Source: a bacterium (GTDB lineage: Bacteria; Bdellovibrionota; Bdellovibrionia; Bdellovibrionales; Bdellovibrionaceae). From it: DNA of 64,000 nt. The stretch spans positions 101,223-165,222 of the forward strand of contig JAIELP010000008.1 in the NCBI GenBank assembly GCA_019752925.1, in the 5' to 3' direction. The translations under genes and the position numbers were made by a program. The notes beneath the pieces were generated by a model. It was not told the DNA's origin, ran no database searches, and was given only the letters and a program-made list of their open reading frames with translations. Below are positions 18,638 through 28,785 of this stretch, one piece after another (the first letter of the stretch is position 1; every line of letters begins with the position of its first letter).

Positions 18638-19411
18638 ATGAAATCAAAAGAAGAAATTGTTGAAAATTGGCTCCCTCGATATACTGGCGTAGCTCTTAAT
18701 GAATTTGGCGAGTACATCTTGCTGACCAACTTTAATAACTACGTGGACATGTTTGCTGAAAAGTTTAACGTACCTATTAATGGCCAAGACCGCCCTATGC
18801 GCAGTGCGACTGCGGAAAATATCACGATTATTAATTTTGGTATTGGTTCTGCGATGGCTGCACTGATCATGGATTTATTATCCGCAGTAAACCCTAAAGC
18901 CGTTTTATTTTTAGGTAAGTGTGGCGGATTAAAAAGAAAAAACCAATTAGGCGATTTAGTTTTACCTTTAGCCGCAATACGTGGCGAAGGAACAAGTAAT
19001 GATTATATGCCACCGGAAATACCCGCACTCCCCTCTTTCCGTATGCAGAGATCTATTTCATCTATGATCATCAAGCATAATCTCGATTACTGGACCGGCA
19101 CTGTGTACACAACCAATCGCCGCGTTTGGGAACATGACGAAGCTTTTAAAGAATATTTAGTTAAATCGCGCGCTATGGCGATTGATATGGAAACAGCAAC
19201 TTTATTTACGGCAGGTTTTGCCAATGATATTCCGCGCGGTGCTTTATTATTGGTTAGCGATAATCCGATGACTCCCGAAGGTGTCAAAACGGAACAGTCT
19301 GATAAAAAAGTGACTGAGAGTTTTGTTAAAAATCATTTAGCAGTAGGAATTGATTCGCTTCGCGAGTTAAGAGATTCCGGCGAGTCGGTTAAACATCTTC
19401 GCTTCGAGTAA
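18638..19411 (+). CDS. amn: AMP nucleosidase (short PNP/UDP family type)
   Basis: YILLTNF, FGIGSA, FLGKCGGL, AIRGEGTS, AIDMETAT, LLLVSD. Confidence 0.88.
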   Translation: MKSKEEIVENWLPRYTGVALNEFGEYILLTNFNNYVDMFAEKFNVPINGQDRPMRSATAENITIINFGIGSAMAALIMDLLSAVNPKAVLFLGKCGGLKRKNQLGDLVLPLAAIRGEGTSNDYMPPEIPALPSFRMQRSISSMIIKHNLDYWTGTVYTTNRRVWEHDEAFKEYLVKSRAMAIDMETATLFTAGFANDIPRGALLLVSDNPMTPEGVKTEQSDKKVTESFVKNHLAVGIDSLRELRDSGESVKHLRFE

Positions 19412-19413
19412 TT

Positions 19414-21306
19414 TTAAGTTTCACTTGATTCGTCCGATTTTTCTTCAGCTTCATTGAGTTGAAGAATAATTCGTTCCGCTAAAACTCGATTGAAACTTTT
19501 TAAGTTTGCAATTTCCTCGGGCTCCGCTTGCTTGATATCTTCAACGCTTTTGAATTTTTGCAGCAAAAGTTTTTTTCTTTTTTCGCCAAGACCCACTACA
19601 TAATCTAATTCGCTCTCTAATGAAGTTTGCTCTCTTAGTTTGCGATGGTATGTAATAGCAAATCTGTGCGCCTCATCACGCAAGCCCGTTAAAATTTGAT
19701 AGGCGTCGGAGTTGGTTTTGAATACAACTGGGTTAGCTCTACCTGGTAAATAAAATCTTTCTTCTGTTGATGTGACTTCTTCCGATTGAAAGTCGGCTTT
19801 AGTTCTGGCTTTTGCTAAACCTACAACTGGAATATGGGTTTTACCAATCTCTTGAAGAATTTTAACAGCCATCGATAGCTGACCTTTCCCACCGTCCACA
19901 ACAATCAGTTGCGGTTCTTCGTATTCGTCATGACCGAATCTACGTTTTAATACTTCGTACATGGAAGCAAAGTCATCTATACCGGTAACAGTTTTAATTT
20001 TGTAACGGCGGTAATGTTCGCGGGCCGGAACGCCTTCTTCAAACACAACTTGGCTGGCGACAGTTTCAGCTCCCTGAAAGTGTGAAATATCAAAACACTC
20101 AATGCGGTTTGGTCTTGCTGGCAAATGAAGTTTACTTTGAATTTCTTCAAGACCTTTTTTCTTTTCTTCGTCTTTAGAAACATGTTTTTCAAAATGAGCC
20201 TTGGCATTTTGCGAAGCCATCTCGATTAAGTCCTGACCTTTCGTGTCTGTAGCAAATCTCACAACAACTTCGTTACCAGATCTTTCTTTTAATACATCCT
20301 GTAAAAGTTTATTAATGTCGCCACCCAAATCGGTACTCAGTAATACATCGTCTGGAATAAAGTTATCTTCATAGTATTGATTCAGGAATGAGGCCAACCA
20401 TTCACGCGGATCTTCATCTGAACTTAATGGGTTAATATTAGATAAAAAGTGAGGCCTATGCCCGATCACCCGGCCACTGCGTACGTGGATCGTTTCTACT
20501 AACACTCCGCGATCATCACCGAAGTAACTGATAATATCCTGATCTTTATCCGATGAATCGTTAATAACCGTCTGTTTTTCAATAATACTTTTAATAGAAA
20601 ATAATGAATCGCGCATTCGCGCCGCCACTTCAAATTTCTCTTCATCGGCAGCAAACACCATTTTCTTTTCGATATCTTTAATTAATTTTTTGCCACGGCC
20701 TTTTAAGAAATCCCGTGCACCTTCAACATCCGAACGATAATCCTCTTTAGAAATAAATTTCACACAAGGGGCGGTACAGCGGCCAATTTGGTATGTCATA
20801 CATGGGCGTGTACGGGTTTTAAATACATGATCGGTACAGTCACGTATTTTAAAAATACGGTTTAAAAATCTGATAGTGCCAAAAACTGCTCCACCGGATG
20901 TATAGGGGCCAAAGTACAGACTCCCATCTTTTTTGACTTTACGAGATAAGTATAAACGCGGAAATTCATCGTGCCACGATAGTTGAATATAAGGATAACT
21001 TTTGTCATCCTTTAAGCGGATATTGTATTTAGGCCGGTGTTTTTTAATTAACGAAGCTTCCAGCAAGAAAGCTTCTACTTCTGTTTTTGTTAGAAGATAT
21101 TCAATTTCATTAATGTTGCGCACCAAGGCCACAGTTTTAGCCGAGTGATCTTTCGATTCCTGAAAATAACTTTTTACACGGCTTCTGATATTTTTGGCTT
21201 TACCGACATAAATAATTTTGTCAGCAGCACTCTTCATCAGATACACACCACTTTGGGTGGGAAACTCTTTTATTTTTTCTTTGAGTTTATCAAATATTTC
21301 CGACAT
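19414..21306 (-). CDS. uvrC: Excinuclease ABC subunit C
   Basis: GIY-YIG (GVYLMK...YVGKAKN), ECFDIS, DGGKGQL, RDEAHRFA, HhH tail. Confidence 0.97.
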   Translation of the reverse strand: MSEIFDKLKEKIKEFPTQSGVYLMKSAADKIIYVGKAKNIRSRVKSYFQESKDHSAKTVALVRNINEIEYLLTKTEVEAFLLEASLIKKHRPKYNIRLKDDKSYPYIQLSWHDEFPRLYLSRKVKKDGSLYFGPYTSGGAVFGTIRFLNRIFKIRDCTDHVFKTRTRPCMTYQIGRCTAPCVKFISKEDYRSDVEGARDFLKGRGKKLIKDIEKKMVFAADEEKFEVAARMRDSLFSIKSIIEKQTVINDSSDKDQDIISYFGDDRGVLVETIHVRSGRVIGHRPHFLSNINPLSSDEDPREWLASFLNQYYEDNFIPDDVLLSTDLGGDINKLLQDVLKERSGNEVVVRFATDTKGQDLIEMASQNAKAHFEKHVSKDEEKKKGLEEIQSKLHLPARPNRIECFDISHFQGAETVASQVVFEEGVPAREHYRRYKIKTVTGIDDFASMYEVLKRRFGHDEYEEPQLIVVDGGKGQLSMAVKILQEIGKTHIPVVGLAKARTKADFQSEEVTSTEERFYLPGRANPVVFKTNSDAYQILTGLRDEAHRFAITYHRKLREQTSLESELDYVVGLGEKRKKLLLQKFKSVEDIKQAEPEEIANLKSFNRVLAERIILQLNEAEEKSDESSET

Positions 21307-21312
21307 CAGATA

Positions 21313-23385
21313 TTATGTTTCATTTCCGGTAGATGCCCTGTCTTGAGAACTACCCTCGCGAATTTGCAACTCTAAAATTTCCAACCGCTTAATTTCATCA
21401 CGCACATCGGCGGCTTCTTCAAACTCCAGCTCAGAAGACAATTTTTTCATTTTATTTTTCAGACGAATAATCTCATCCTGAATTTTATTTGGTTTTTCAG
21501 AGAATTTTTTAAGCTGCTCTGCCGTTTTATCTTTTGTTCCCTGAATTTTATAGGCGCTTAGCGAACCATCGAACATATCGCCGATACCTTCACGTATTTT
21601 TTTACGAATAGTTTGAGGTGTAATACCATGAGCTTCGTTGTATTCCTGCTGAATTTTTCTTCTGCGAGAAGTTTCACCCATGGCTTTTTCCATAGATTGC
21701 GTAATGCGGTCAGCATATAAAATAACGCGGCCTTCGGCATTTCGGGCAGCTCGGCCTATAGTTTGAATTAAAGAGCGCTCAGATCTTAAAAATCCTTCTT
21801 TGTCAGCATCTGTAATACCAACTAAGCTCACTTCAGGAATATCTAAACCTTCGCGAAGTAAGTTAATACCCACTAACACATCAAATACACCTAAGCGCAA
21901 ATCACGTATAATCTCACTGCGTTCGATGGTTTCAATATCGCTATGGAGATATTTTACTTTAATTCCTATAGATTCGTAATACTCAGTTAAATCTTCTGCC
22001 GAGCGCTTGGTTAATGTGGTAATTAGCACTCTTTCTTTTTTTTCTATGCGGATTTTAATTTCTTTTAATAAATCATCAACCTGATTTTTTACCGGACGTA
22101 CTTCTACCACCGGATCAATAAGTCCGGTTGGGCGAATGATCTGCTCAACGATAAGACCTTCAGATTTTTGCAGTTCATAAACTTGCGGAGTTGCGGATAC
22201 ATACACAACTCGATCCATCATTTTTTCAAATTCCTGAAAATTTAATGGACGATTATCTAAAGCTGATGGTAGCCGGAAACCGTGTTCTACTAAATTCATT
22301 TTACGGGCTCTATCTCCACGATACATACCACCGATTTGCGGTACGGTTACGTGGGATTCATCGATAAAAGTCAGAAAATCTTTTGGGAAATACTCAAGTA
22401 ATGTCGGAGGTGGCTCACCCGGCCCGCGACCTGTTAAATGGCGCGAGTAGTTTTCGATACCTTGGCAAAAGCCAATTTGCTCCATCATTTCAATGTCATA
22501 ATAAGTTCTTTGCTCTAAGCGCTGTGCTTCTAAGAATTTAATGTTGGTATTTAAATCTTTTAAGCGCTCTTGAAGCTCTGCCTGAATTGTTTTAATGGCT
22601 TTTTTAATATTATCATCACCGGTAGCATAGTGCGATCCGGGATAAATGCCGATTTGATCCAGTTCTTCATAAATTTGCGCCGTCAAAGGATCAATCCAGC
22701 ATATTTTTTCAACGTAATCACCGAAAAACTCAATACGAAGTGCTCGGTCTTCTTCATACGGCGGAAATACTTCTACTACATCGCCGCGTACGCGGATATT
22801 ACCGCGCGAAAAATCTACGTTGTTACGGTTATACTGAATACGTATTAATTCTTTAAGTAAATCATCGCGTTTAAGCTTATCGCCGTTAGTCACCTGAATC
22901 ATCATGCCTTCGTAGGCTTCCGGAGAACCTAAACCGTAAATACATGAAACAGACGAAACAATAATAACATCACGGCGGTCAAACAACGAGCGCGTAGCTG
23001 AGTGGCGCATACGATCGATCTGTTCGTTAATGGCTGAGTCTTTTTCGATGTAAGTATCACTTGATGGAATATAGGCTTCCGGTTGGTAGTAATCGTAATA
23101 AGAAACAAAGTACTCAACAGCATTATTTGGAAATAATTCTTTAAATTCTGAATACAACTGCGCAGCCAGTGTTTTATTAGGCGCCAGAACAATAGCTGGC
23201 ATATTCATTTGTTCAATAACATGAGCCATTGAAAATGTTTTACCACTGCCCGTTACACCTAATAAAGTTTGGTGCTTTAGACCTTTATTAAAATTTTCAA
23301 CCATAGTTTCAATAGCCTTAGGCTGATCGCCACCTGGCTTAAACGGAGAAACTAATTGAAAGTTTTTTTTAAACTGCTTAGCCAT
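21313..23385 (-). CDS. uvrB: Excinuclease ABC subunit B
   Basis: [42 protein letters not shown]. Confidence 0.98.
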   Translation of the reverse strand: MAKQFKKNFQLVSPFKPGGDQPKAIETMVENFNKGLKHQTLLGVTGSGKTFSMAHVIEQMNMPAIVLAPNKTLAAQLYSEFKELFPNNAVEYFVSYYDYYQPEAYIPSSDTYIEKDSAINEQIDRMRHSATRSLFDRRDVIIVSSVSCIYGLGSPEAYEGMMIQVTNGDKLKRDDLLKELIRIQYNRNNVDFSRGNIRVRGDVVEVFPPYEEDRALRIEFFGDYVEKICWIDPLTAQIYEELDQIGIYPGSHYATGDDNIKKAIKTIQAELQERLKDLNTNIKFLEAQRLEQRTYYDIEMMEQIGFCQGIENYSRHLTGRGPGEPPPTLLEYFPKDFLTFIDESHVTVPQIGGMYRGDRARKMNLVEHGFRLPSALDNRPLNFQEFEKMMDRVVYVSATPQVYELQKSEGLIVEQIIRPTGLIDPVVEVRPVKNQVDDLLKEIKIRIEKKERVLITTLTKRSAEDLTEYYESIGIKVKYLHSDIETIERSEIIRDLRLGVFDVLVGINLLREGLDIPEVSLVGITDADKEGFLRSERSLIQTIGRAARNAEGRVILYADRITQSMEKAMGETSRRRKIQQEYNEAHGITPQTIRKKIREGIGDMFDGSLSAYKIQGTKDKTAEQLKKFSEKPNKIQDEIIRLKNKMKKLSSELEFEEAADVRDEIKRLEILELQIREGSSQDRASTGNET

Positions 23386-24521
23386 TAAATCGTAATGCTT
23401 TCTTCCTGGTAAAGCCCGAAGCCAAAACGTATTCTTGAACCTCGGTAATCGGTGCGTATGCTTCGAGTATACAAATCATCATGAATTTTTTTTGCTATAT
23501 CGTTAGCTCCGGTTTCAAATGCATAAAAATGTCCATGCTTGTTAAAATCAAGATGCAAAATATTTTTTTCATTCAATACAGGATGCCCTGCAGCAGCTAG
23601 CTTAGCTCTAAAATTAGTTTGTAACTTTAAAACATAATCGTGAATCACTTGAACTGTAATCTTTTCAGCTTTAAACAATTCAAGTACGGCAATTAAACGA
23701 TATAAGGCCGCAAAGTCCATCGTTGAACCAGCAAACCTGAAGCCGTCTGCTGAATAACTAACTTCACCGCCTTTGCCGGCAAGCGCAGAAAAACCTGCAA
23801 ACCATCCGGTATGTCTTGGACGCATTTTAAAATCAGGAGGCACATACATAAAACAACAACCTTCGCCGCCTTGAGCGTACTTATAAGAACCTGCAATATA
23901 AAAAATGCGTTTTTGCACATAACGTAAATCCGTGGGAATAGCCATAAAGGCGTGGTAACCATCTACAACAATCATGGTTTCGGGATTTTTTACAGCATTA
24001 ACAATTTTTTCGAGATTTTGAACAGCCACACCAGAATTAAAGAAAACCTGACTCAAAAAAATCATATCATAGTGTTCAGATTTAATTTTTTCGACGAAGC
24101 GGTCTTCAAAAGTAGAAAAGTCCTGAGTTGGCACTTTATCCACTTTAACATTTCCGTCTTCGGATAATCTATTGATCTGGCGTTCAAAACTATAGAACTC
24201 AGAATCTGTGGTTAATACTTTAATTTCTTTTTTTAAATCAAAACAAGAAAGTAGTCTGTATACAAATTCATGGGTATTAGGAGCAAAAGCAATTTGCGAT
24301 GGCTCGTGTAAATGCAACACTTCCGCAATCAGCTTTTGAGCAGCCGGAATTTTTGTACTGAAAATGTAATTCCACTTATCGTCCACCATTTTGGCAGAGT
24401 CATCCCAGTATTGTATGGTGGCATCACGGGTCACATCGGGCCAAAAATGATGGCTGTGAGCCGCGTAATGCTGGATACCTTTGTTAGCCTCTAAAAACCG
24501 CTGATAATATTTTTTATACAT
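23385..24521 (-). CDS. kynU: Kynureninase-like PLP-dependent class V aminotransferase-fold enzyme
   Basis: [25 protein letters not shown] (PLP Lys); directly downstream of TDO. Confidence 0.7.
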   Translation of the reverse strand: MYKKYYQRFLEANKGIQHYAAHSHHFWPDVTRDATIQYWDDSAKMVDDKWNYIFSTKIPAAQKLIAEVLHLHEPSQIAFAPNTHEFVYRLLSCFDLKKEIKVLTTDSEFYSFERQINRLSEDGNVKVDKVPTQDFSTFEDRFVEKIKSEHYDMIFLSQVFFNSGVAVQNLEKIVNAVKNPETMIVVDGYHAFMAIPTDLRYVQKRIFYIAGSYKYAQGGEGCCFMYVPPDFKMRPRHTGWFAGFSALAGKGGEVSYSADGFRFAGSTMDFAALYRLIAVLELFKAEKITVQVIHDYVLKLQTNFRAKLAAAGHPVLNEKNILHLDFNKHGHFYAFETGANDIAKKIHDDLYTRSIRTDYRGSRIRFGFGLYQEESITI

Positions 24522-25617
24522 AGTTAAAGTTCAACTGTTTTTTTATAGCATCCGGAATTTTAGGTAAACGGCTGCGCGGAATTAAGTAAGTGGATAAATT
24601 AAATAAATCAAGGAATACGCGGTTGTTGTCGGCCGCCTTTTTTAAATAAGCATGGCCTGAAGAGCCACCCGTTCCGATTTTAGTTCCCAACATACGTTGC
24701 GCCATGAGCGCATGGCGGTAGCGCCAAGTTGTGAAATTCTCATCGATGTCCATCATTAAGGTCATCATTTGAAATGGCAGGGTTAACATGGGTTCATCAC
24801 GGTACAACATAATAAATAAAGCATTTAATGTAGCTTTACGGGAAAGTTTGCGCCCGCCAGCATCCACTACTTTTTGATGAGCTTCATCGCTGAAAAGGCT
24901 ATCAAAAGTATCTTTCGTTACTTTCAAATTTTCAATTTGCATTTGTTTTTGCTGTTCCGACAAATTAGCAATATTCGACAATACTGTTTGTTCGTCTTCA
25001 TTTAGAATAAGCTTAACGGCTGCTTGATATTCATTCCAAAAATTAAATTCTTTAGAAATTGTAAATGGAGTGCGCTCAAGCCACTCCTGCAAATATTGAA
25101 ACAAATTAGAGCTGCCTTCAAGAGCCGTTAATTTGTCGCGATCTTTTTGACTGAGTCGTCCAGAGAAGAACTCACGGTCAACATTTTGACGATTGTGAGT
25201 TCCTAATCCTAATTTAATTTCGATTTCACGGAACTGCATACTTTGAAAACCTGAAGCCGGAATCAATAAACTTCTGAATTCTAAAAAATCCATTGGCGTC
25301 ATCGTTTCAAGAACCTCAAGCTGACCGCTGATTAAATTCTGAATTTTACGAATTCTTTCCAGCCGTTGCACGACAGTACCCACATCAGAATCTTCAACTT
25401 TGTTTTTGCTAAAGATTGCTAACACTGAATTCAGGTCGTGGAGCATCTGTTTAAACCACAACTCATAGGCCTGATGAACTATAATAAATAAAGTTTCATC
25501 ATGAGCTTCAGGATTTTCAGAATCTGCATATTTTTTGCTTAAAGGTTTCTGGCAATCTAAAAATTGATCCAGCATGAGGTAATCGTTGTAATAGACTGGT
25601 CCCTGGTTCTTGTGCAT
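24514..25617 (-). CDS. kynA: Tryptophan 2,3-dioxygenase (long form)
   Basis: HDETLFIIVHQAYELWFKQ, PASGFQS, WRYRH, GTGGSSG. Confidence 0.95.
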   Translation of the reverse strand: MHKNQGPVYYNDYLMLDQFLDCQKPLSKKYADSENPEAHDETLFIIVHQAYELWFKQMLHDLNSVLAIFSKNKVEDSDVGTVVQRLERIRKIQNLISGQLEVLETMTPMDFLEFRSLLIPASGFQSMQFREIEIKLGLGTHNRQNVDREFFSGRLSQKDRDKLTALEGSSNLFQYLQEWLERTPFTISKEFNFWNEYQAAVKLILNEDEQTVLSNIANLSEQQKQMQIENLKVTKDTFDSLFSDEAHQKVVDAGGRKLSRKATLNALFIMLYRDEPMLTLPFQMMTLMMDIDENFTTWRYRHALMAQRMLGTKIGTGGSSGHAYLKKAADNNRVFLDLFNLSTYLIPRSRLPKIPDAIKKQLNFNYV

Positions 25618-25711
25618 AGAAGTTCCTTATAAAATAGGTTAAGAGCACCGTTATCTATTCTATAAGTTTAATTTTGCAAATCAAGTTGGCTTTTATTTTG
25701 ACCACTCACGT

Positions 25712-27193
25712 TTAAACAAGGTCATAAAGCCACTTAACCAGTTCTACCATAACCAAAGTATCTTTTTTACAATACTCGATCAGAGCCTCTTTTAATTCGT
25801 TTTTACGCAAGAGGGCTGTTTTATTAGAGATGATTTCTTCGAAGGCTCGCTGAGCAGCTCCACCCTCACCGACAAGCATGTTTTCATAGCTGAAATTTTT
25901 ACCTAAAATAGCCGGCCCCACACTCTTAATACTGTAGCTATCGGCAAATTCTTTGTCGTAAATATGCTCTCGAAAAATAGGCAAAGGATCTACAATCCGT
26001 GTGCGAATTTGTTCCAATTGCTCTTTAAATTCCGGCGCGAAATCTTCCATTTCCTGAATGCGTCCGGCTTCAAACTGTCCGTAATAAGCTACTACCGATC
26101 CTTCACCTCTACAGGCCTCAATTAACTTTGGAATTAAATTTGGACGAGGATCTGTTTCGTCGGTATGCAAATATTCGTAGTGAATTAATTCTGAATCCAG
26201 AGAATTTAAAATATGTACACTGAACTGAAACGGCACCTGGGTAAATGGACCAGTTCCAATATATCGTGGAATGGCTGGATTAATAGTTTCAAAATCTAAA
26301 AACACTAAAGGAAACTTCCATTTTGAAATTTCAGATTTTACACCGGCTTTATCAATATGGCGCTGACCACTTTTTAAAACCTCTAAGCAGATGTTTTGTT
26401 TTTCATTTAACTTATCTTTCGGTACATCATCTATTTGCAAAAAGCCTTCAGAATAAAGCTCCCATTTTTTTTCACGCAAACCCGGTATACTAAATAAACT
26501 CACATCAGGAATATTTTTTTGCTTCCAGCAGTGTTCAGTAAACTGACATTCGCGTGGCTCAAAACAATGGGCTCCTATATCTATTACTGGTACATCATCC
26601 TGCCTGATACTTTTAAAAAGCTCATTCAGCCTTGGTGCAATTTTAGTATGTAAAGAACGTAATCGATCAGTCACATCATCTTCAATAAATAGATTATCCA
26701 AATTAGGGTATTTACATAAATTATTTAAATGCATGATGGAAATTTTTTCGATAGGAAGCCCGGCATTAGCCATAATCCACACCTGCAACCCCACATCATC
26801 TAAATGTTCATCTTTGGTTTTAGTTGAAGATTTAACTTCGTATATAGACCATCTTTGAGTTTGCTGATTGTAGGTAATTACATCAGCTCTGGCATAACAA
26901 CCTTTATATTCAAAGGCCGCTTCAAAAATTGAAGCCGTATGCATCGCCAGCAAGTCTCGGGTTTTCTTAAGAGAGCCCACAAAGTCAAAGGCCGGATTAT
27001 CCACCAACATCCCACCCGGAAATCTTTTGCGAGCTTCAATGGTAACCTGATTACCTTGATCAAACAGTGCTTGTAAGTCGGGCCCAACCGGAGGAATTAA
27101 ATGTTTTTGGTGAATGGATAAATACAGGTTTTTATGGCACTGATAGCCCTGCATGATTTTGGTTTTACTTAAGAGCTTAGGTATTTGTGCCAC
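25712..27193 (-). CDS. DUF2779-domain protein (RecB/Cas4-like nuclease N-terminus, RNase H-like C-terminus)
   Basis: RADVI...EVKSS PD-(D/E)xK-like motif, Cys cluster CFEPRECQFTEHC, FLDFET, PFQFSVH, YSIK, YCKKDT; GTG start. Confidence 0.8.
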   Translation of the reverse strand: MAQIPKLLSKTKIMQGYQCHKNLYLSIHQKHLIPPVGPDLQALFDQGNQVTIEARKRFPGGMLVDNPAFDFVGSLKKTRDLLAMHTASIFEAAFEYKGCYARADVITYNQQTQRWSIYEVKSSTKTKDEHLDDVGLQVWIMANAGLPIEKISIMHLNNLCKYPNLDNLFIEDDVTDRLRSLHTKIAPRLNELFKSIRQDDVPVIDIGAHCFEPRECQFTEHCWKQKNIPDVSLFSIPGLREKKWELYSEGFLQIDDVPKDKLNEKQNICLEVLKSGQRHIDKAGVKSEISKWKFPLVFLDFETINPAIPRYIGTGPFTQVPFQFSVHILNSLDSELIHYEYLHTDETDPRPNLIPKLIEACRGEGSVVAYYGQFEAGRIQEMEDFAPEFKEQLEQIRTRIVDPLPIFREHIYDKEFADSYSIKSVGPAILGKNFSYENMLVGEGGAAQRAFEEIISNKTALLRKNELKEALIEYCKKDTLVMVELVKWLYDLV

Positions 27194-27230
27194 GTAGAAA
27201 TGCTAGCACAGAGATTACTGTTTACATAAT

Positions 27231-27259
27231 AAAAAAGGCGCTCTGCTGAGCGCCTTTTT
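27231..27259. terminator. Bidirectional intrinsic terminator
   Basis: AAAAAGGCGCTC-TGCT-GAGCGCCTTTTT. Confidence 0.88.
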
Positions 27260-27272
27260 CTAATTTGTCAAT

Positions 27273-27629
27273 TTAGGCTCCAACCTGTTCTGTATTTTCA
27301 TAATATGGCTTGAGCTCCACAGTTTTTATTCCGTGGCGATCGTGACGTTTTGATTTCCATTTTTCAATACGACGACGGATTTGATCTACTAATCTTACAG
27401 TAACTTCATTGAGGTTATCGGAAGCCGCTACCGCAAAAAATGGACCTGCGTAGGACCCGACTTGCAACATACCTTTAACAACATCGTCTTTTTTAGAAAA
27501 AGTGGCTTTGATAGTTGAGCCATCCGGCAACTCCTGATGAATTTCTCGAATGAGAGAATCAATAAAAAGTTGAGTACCTTTAGAGGCGTGAAAATTATGA
27601 TAATTAATTACAATAGCTTTTTTAGACAT
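27273..27629 (-). CDS. HPF/RaiA-like ribosome-associated protein (divergent)
   Basis: Predicted beta-alpha-beta-beta-beta-alpha pattern; basic C-terminal helix RLVDQIRRRIEKWKSK; SD AAAGGA. Confidence 0.6.
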   Translation of the reverse strand: MSKKAIVINYHNFHASKGTQLFIDSLIREIHQELPDGSTIKATFSKKDDVVKGMLQVGSYAGPFFAVAASDNLNEVTVRLVDQIRRRIEKWKSKRHDRHGIKTVELKPYYENTEQVGA

Positions 27630-27690
27630 AGAGAGATCCTTTCAAGTAATGAACTGTTCTAGTGACGTAAATAAAATTTATAATTTATTT

Positions 27691-27762
27691 TTATTGCCGG
27701 GGTGGGTGCCCGCGAAAGCCTTTAATTGCAGAAGGATCTTTCGCTTTGTTTGATTTAAACAT
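27691..27762 (-). CDS. Putative 23-aa leader/small ORF MFKSNKAKDPSAIKGFRGHPPRQ
   Basis: Strong SD AGGAGGA 5 nt before ATG 27762; stop TAA at 27691; not in the ORF track. Confidence 0.55.
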   Translation of the reverse strand: MFKSNKAKDPSAIKGFRGHPPRQ

Positions 27763-27866
27763 CTAAGTCCTCCTTCCTAATTTAAATATGATATCAAAAA
27801 AGCTATCGTCAAGCTTCCAATAAATAGGCAGGTCAGACTCTTTTTAGACTAAAGTTCTTTAAATGA

Positions 27867-28778
27867 TCAAAGCTCGTAAAATGGATCCCGTTTGTAGGAT
27901 TGAAAGGGATCGAATTGGACGGCGTCGCGGTATTTTTTCTTATTATATTTTTCCCAACGCTCTGCCATAACGAATGGATCATAGCTGATGCCGCCTGAGA
28001 TCAAATGCTCAACAAGCTCTTGTGGAATTGGCTTTTCCTCAGTACTACGGCTGAACTCAAATACTGGGCTGCCGAATGCACTCTGTCTTTCAGAAAAATT
28101 ATTATAACGGCTAGCGAGATTAAATTCAAAACGAGCTTTAAACAAAGTTGGCTTCGATTCTTTTGCAAATTTTGTTTTATTTAGAGGTTCGCTTAAAGAT
28201 TTTTTTATAGCTCTTAATACATGAACTTTTAAAATTGCATCTTCGGCCTCGGCTTTGAGGTCATCCATTACAAAGAGGCCCTGTTCAGTTACTTTAAACT
28301 GAACATATACATGGCCAAAATGGCCGTACTGCGCGAGCAAAGAATCAAACAACAGATGACTATCGATGCGATGGTAAATTTCCTGATAATATGACCAGTT
28401 TTTATTACCTCCTTCACCAAAATAATCTGCGCTGCCTGCACTAATTGTCCGCGGACTGTTAAACTCACCGCTTTCTTTTTTTCCACCGCTGCTCTTAGCC
28501 CAAGCTGTGTTTTGCTCAACTATTTCAACCAATTCTGCACTACTCATAGACGGAAAAAATTGGTTTGCATTAATTTTATTCCAAGCGGCTTTATAACCTT
28601 TAACACCCTGTCCACGTTGGGCTCGCCGCCCTGGCTTTTTAGCGGCAACAGAAGCTTCTTTAAATTCAATTTCTACTATTTGTTGAGGTTCTTGTATCTG
28701 AATATCAAAACTGAACAGCAAAAGAGCTGTAATCGTTGTATGAACCAGAAATGAAATTAAAATCGATTTCAGGTTCAT
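27867..28778 (-). CDS. TonB/TolA-like energy transducer
   Basis: N-terminal TM with SxxxH (SFLVH), low-complexity linker, TonB_C-like region (VYVQFKV...). Confidence 0.6.
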   Translation of the reverse strand: MNLKSILISFLVHTTITALLLFSFDIQIQEPQQIVEIEFKEASVAAKKPGRRAQRGQGVKGYKAAWNKINANQFFPSMSSAELVEIVEQNTAWAKSSGGKKESGEFNSPRTISAGSADYFGEGGNKNWSYYQEIYHRIDSHLLFDSLLAQYGHFGHVYVQFKVTEQGLFVMDDLKAEAEDAILKVHVLRAIKKSLSEPLNKTKFAKESKPTLFKARFEFNLASRYNNFSERQSAFGSPVFEFSRSTEEKPIPQELVEHLISGGISYDPFVMAERWEKYNKKKYRDAVQFDPFQSYKRDPFYEL

Positions 28779-28785
28779 GACTCTC

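Noticed and set aside
25712-27193. Cas4-like motif suggesting CRISPR-Cas
   Set aside because: No repeat-spacer array or other cas genes are in the window.
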